DNA of 56,670 bases, from assembly GCA_964553825.1 (NCBI GenBank), contig CAZKLT010000007.1:1-56670 (forward strand). The letters run 5' to 3'. The notes under the pieces are model-generated. The model was not told the origin of the DNA and did no database searches. It saw nothing but the letters and a program-made list of their open reading frames with translations. Made by a program: the position numbers and the translations under genes. Within the stretch, counting starts at the first letter, position 1; the number at the start of each line of letters is the position of its first letter. The DNA comes from an uncultured Gammaproteobacteria bacterium (GTDB taxonomy: Bacteria; Patescibacteriota; Microgenomatia; UBA10105; UBA927). Positions 54,010 to 56,670 of the stretch are shown here, piece by piece.

Positions 54010-54249
54010 GCTGATTTTTCTTATCTCAATTATATCAATTCTGTCAAAAAAGCATCGAGTAGTTTCCGGATTGTTCATGCGGGAAAAATGAAAGAGTATG
54101 AAATGATTACGATAAGATAAAGCTCGCCTCTTGACATTGCGTGAAAACTTGCGCAATACTGGATATAGATTTCACATTATTAGTAATAACTGTGAAAATC
54201 ATTGGGAATAACTTGTACAAACTGGGAAAAACGAAGCTAATTTCTGCCT

Positions 54250-56208
54250 ATGCCACGCACATATACTGTTAAACAGGTTGCTGATATTCTGGGGTACAGC
54301 ACCAATAGCATCTATACCTTCCTGAAGGAGAAGCGTATAAAGGGCGTCCGGGTTGGCAAAGGGCGATTTCGTATACCGGAAGAGGAGTTGCAGCGAATAC
54401 TCCACTTGTCGCGCAAGCCCACCGGCACAGCTATGGCAGTGTCCCCAGCAGGCATAGGTGAATTGGGCATCCAAGGACGAACTGATCGCGTAGATCGCGT
54501 AGATCGTGTGGGAGATGCATCTGTCGTCATAGCGTCCGATGCGTTGATACAAGAAAACGACCTGTCACCTATTGCAGCACCGAATATTTTTGACTGGTTT
54601 GTGGGTTCTGCCGCCATCGTCTCCGGGGCAGCACTTTTCTTGTTTAACTCAGTATTCAGCACAGAGCAAACGCAGAATTTCGCCCGGTTTCTCCCTGCGA
54701 TACGCATCATGCTCATCGCCAGTGGTCTAGGCGTGCTTATCAGTGGCATTTTCCGTGAAGGAAAATATTGGCACAAAATTTTTCACGGATTATTGAGTTT
54801 GTTGGGATTCGTAAACGCCTACGGGTTAGTGCGGGTCGGGGACTTTGACGGAGCCGTCATCTACGGGGGATTTGCTTTTGTCATCGGATTAACGAGTTTT
54901 GTCCCGCTGGGCGGCGTTGTTTCGATTCTCATCTATGCGACAATTCTCGCCGCGCTTATACCCTTTGTGATGTTTGTTTTTCCCGGTGATCCACATGTTC
55001 GTGCTTTGGCTGCACTGATCGGGTTACCGTCGACGACGGTGGCCATTCTTTCTGCAGTTGTAGCCAGCACGGTGATGGTGTTTTTTTGGGTTGGCTATAG
55101 CCAGAGCCGGGTGCTGTTTCTTATCTCTGCATGGGTAGCGGCGCTCATTGACGTATTGGCTGCCGTGTGGTTTGCGCAGACGCAATACTGGAGCCGTGCC
55201 TTTTTTATGATCGTTGTTGCGTATTTCACGGGGTTTATGCCGTATTGGTGGCCGTTACAGCAATACGGGTTGAAGCGGCATAAATTGATGCTGCATGGGC
55301 TGTTTTTTGCCGTGGGGTGCGTGCTTCTCATGGCAGTCGCCCTGGTGGGGTTGCTGCAGCAGAGTGCGTGGCATGCCAGAGAGCAGGAGTTTACCAGTAA
55401 ATTGGCAGTTGCAGAAACGACGCTCACCAATACCTTTGAGTCGGTAAAAAGCGCATTGGTGGTAGCGGCGGCCAATCAACAGTTCGTCGAGGTTATTAAG
55501 GACAACGATATTGCTCAATTAAGCGTTTTCGCCAAAATTTTGTATGAAAGCAATCCGAACATACGAAGACTGGTTTTTCTTGACAAAGAGGGCGACGGCA
55601 TCGCCTTGTATCCGTATGGCACATTCGTCGACCCGAATTTTGCGTATAGAGACTACTTCCAAAAGGCAAAAACAACCAATGAGCCATTTGTTTCCAATCT
55701 CTTTCAGGTCCGTTCAGATCAGTCAGCCAGGTATGTGGTCGTAGTCGCCATCGCACTCAGAGATGCACAGGGATCATTTGCCGGTGTGATGACCGCTTCG
55801 GTCGATATCGATGGTTTGGGCCTGAAATTGCGCCAGATAGCCAACGAAAGTAACGGAGAGTTGTTTCTGATCACCGATGGAAATGGAACGGTGTTGAGTT
55901 ACCCAAAGCAAGAGTTTGTCGGCACGAAAGCTCCGGAAGGACATGTCGCATACCGGGCAATTTCTGGGGAAACTGGTATAGGACGTGGATTAATGCTGGG
56001 AGGCGCGTACGGTATGATGGCCCACCGTCCGGTGAAGGGTCTGGGTTGGGCTTTGTGTCTCACGGCTCCTGATGTGAGCGTATTTGATGCAACATCGCCG
56101 GCAGTTTGGTCAATCTTTGGGGTGATAGGCCTTCTTATGCTCGTTAGCTTACGCATTTTTACCTTCATACAGCCCCGGACAATCCCTGCGAAGGAGGGTA
56201 GTCCATGA
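54250..56208 (+). CDS. Excisionase/MerR-like HTH + multi-TM + Cache (dCache-like) sensor (652 aa)
   Basis: YTVKQVADILGYSTNSIY...GKGRFRIPEEE; NFAYRDYFQKAK, PFVSNLF, FLITDGNGTVLSYP, GWALCL. Confidence 0.85.
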   Translation: MPRTYTVKQVADILGYSTNSIYTFLKEKRIKGVRVGKGRFRIPEEELQRILHLSRKPTGTAMAVSPAGIGELGIQGRTDRVDRVDRVGDASVVIASDALIQENDLSPIAAPNIFDWFVGSAAIVSGAALFLFNSVFSTEQTQNFARFLPAIRIMLIASGLGVLISGIFREGKYWHKIFHGLLSLLGFVNAYGLVRVGDFDGAVIYGGFAFVIGLTSFVPLGGVVSILIYATILAALIPFVMFVFPGDPHVRALAALIGLPSTTVAILSAVVASTVMVFFWVGYSQSRVLFLISAWVAALIDVLAAVWFAQTQYWSRAFFMIVVAYFTGFMPYWWPLQQYGLKRHKLMLHGLFFAVGCVLLMAVALVGLLQQSAWHAREQEFTSKLAVAETTLTNTFESVKSALVVAAANQQFVEVIKDNDIAQLSVFAKILYESNPNIRRLVFLDKEGDGIALYPYGTFVDPNFAYRDYFQKAKTTNEPFVSNLFQVRSDQSARYVVVVAIALRDAQGSFAGVMTASVDIDGLGLKLRQIANESNGELFLITDGNGTVLSYPKQEFVGTKAPEGHVAYRAISGETGIGRGLMLGGAYGMMAHRPVKGLGWALCLTAPDVSVFDATSPAVWSIFGVIGLLMLVSLRIFTFIQPRTIPAKEGSP

Positions 56209-56670
56209 TCTTTGCTAAAGGGCTCTTTGATAGTCACGATCCGAAATCCGCACGAGGCGGATTTCTCGGTGAAAGAGGAGGGCCGCGAAACGAGCTTTTT
56301 TATGGCCAACGCGGTGGTGCAATTCTTGCGGTTTTGTTTGGTGTGGTGGTTGCCGGCATGATATTTTCCATTGTTCAGGTTGTGGGACCTATCCAGCAAA
56401 CACAGGAAGATGTACGTGAGACATCGGAACCGATCGGTAAGCTCAGTGAAAAAGTCTTATCGGCAAGCACCTGGGATGGACCGTATGTTGTAGTTGTACA
56501 ACGTGCGGATAGCTCCTTCACATACGCTTATGTGGAGGATGCCAACATGAAAAACGGAGCGTATTTAGGTGATGTCACCGTGCAGTATGCCAACGGAGAG
56601 AGGGGAATAGTGCGGGAAGAAGATGGTATATTTCGGTTTTTTCTGACGAAAACAGGCTTGCAAGAGCCTG
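56205..56670 (+). CDS. Membrane-anchored protein with pilin-like cleavage region, truncated (not in ORF track)
   Basis: ATGA overlap with the previous gene; ...YGQRGGAILAVLFGVVVAGMIFSIV...; open to the window end. Confidence 0.7.
   Translation, partial: MIFAKGLFDSHDPKSARGGFLGERGGPRNELFYGQRGGAILAVLFGVVVAGMIFSIVQVVGPIQQTQEDVRETSEPIGKLSEKVLSASTWDGPYVVVVQRADSSFTYAYVEDANMKNGAYLGDVTVQYANGERGIVREEDGIFRFFLTKTGLQEP

Noticed and set aside
54484-54510. 9-bp tandem repeat (DRVDRVDRV) as a phase-variation locus
   Set aside because: In-frame unit in a linker, so copy-number change would not switch expression
66-56399. Most short or antisense ORFs in the track, e.g. 7766..8599-, 11481..11927-, 33040..33741+, 42731..43480-, 43726..44571-
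   Set aside because: Shadow frames opposite or overlapping motif-supported genes in GC-rich sequence
1-56670. Recoded TGA (genetic code 25)
   Set aside because: TGA terminates well-supported genes at expected lengths (M16 peptidase, HTH-Cache)

Overview
Gene-dense window (GC roughly mid-50s by eye, standard code with TGA as stop) that looks like a Patescibacteria/CPR genome, probably Microgenomates. This is inferred from the PEGA-mreB-TagA arrangement, sortase, RAYT-like transposase, PaaX/Cas2-like protein, Fic-HTH and many large orphan ORFs. Recognisable genes are ndk, maf, mreB, glgA, an M16 peptidase, a sortase with an LPxAG substrate, a TagA/WecB glycosyltransferase (GT), three GT4s, a GT2, tRNA-Pro(CGG) and tRNA-Arg(CCT). 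The strongest candidates for undescribed biology are: (1) an 877-aa Nudix + RelA/SpoT-like fusion preceded by a complete promoter / leader-peptide / antiterminator / terminator attenuator; (2) an operon of five 35-46 aa single-helix membrane microproteins, most of them absent from the ORF track as standalone ORFs; (3) a RAYT transposase with its own 17-bp REP, including one copy inside its coding sequence and a distant solo copy carrying a micro-inversion; (4) an HTH-multiTM-Cache sensor with no output domain; (5) several large orphans with recognisable catalytic motifs (alpha/beta hydrolase, HxxxDG acyltransferase, flavoprotein, transglutaminase); and (6) candidate structured RNAs and leaders. 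No CRISPR array, rRNA, integrase or prophage was seen. All family calls come from motif recognition by eye, not from database searches.
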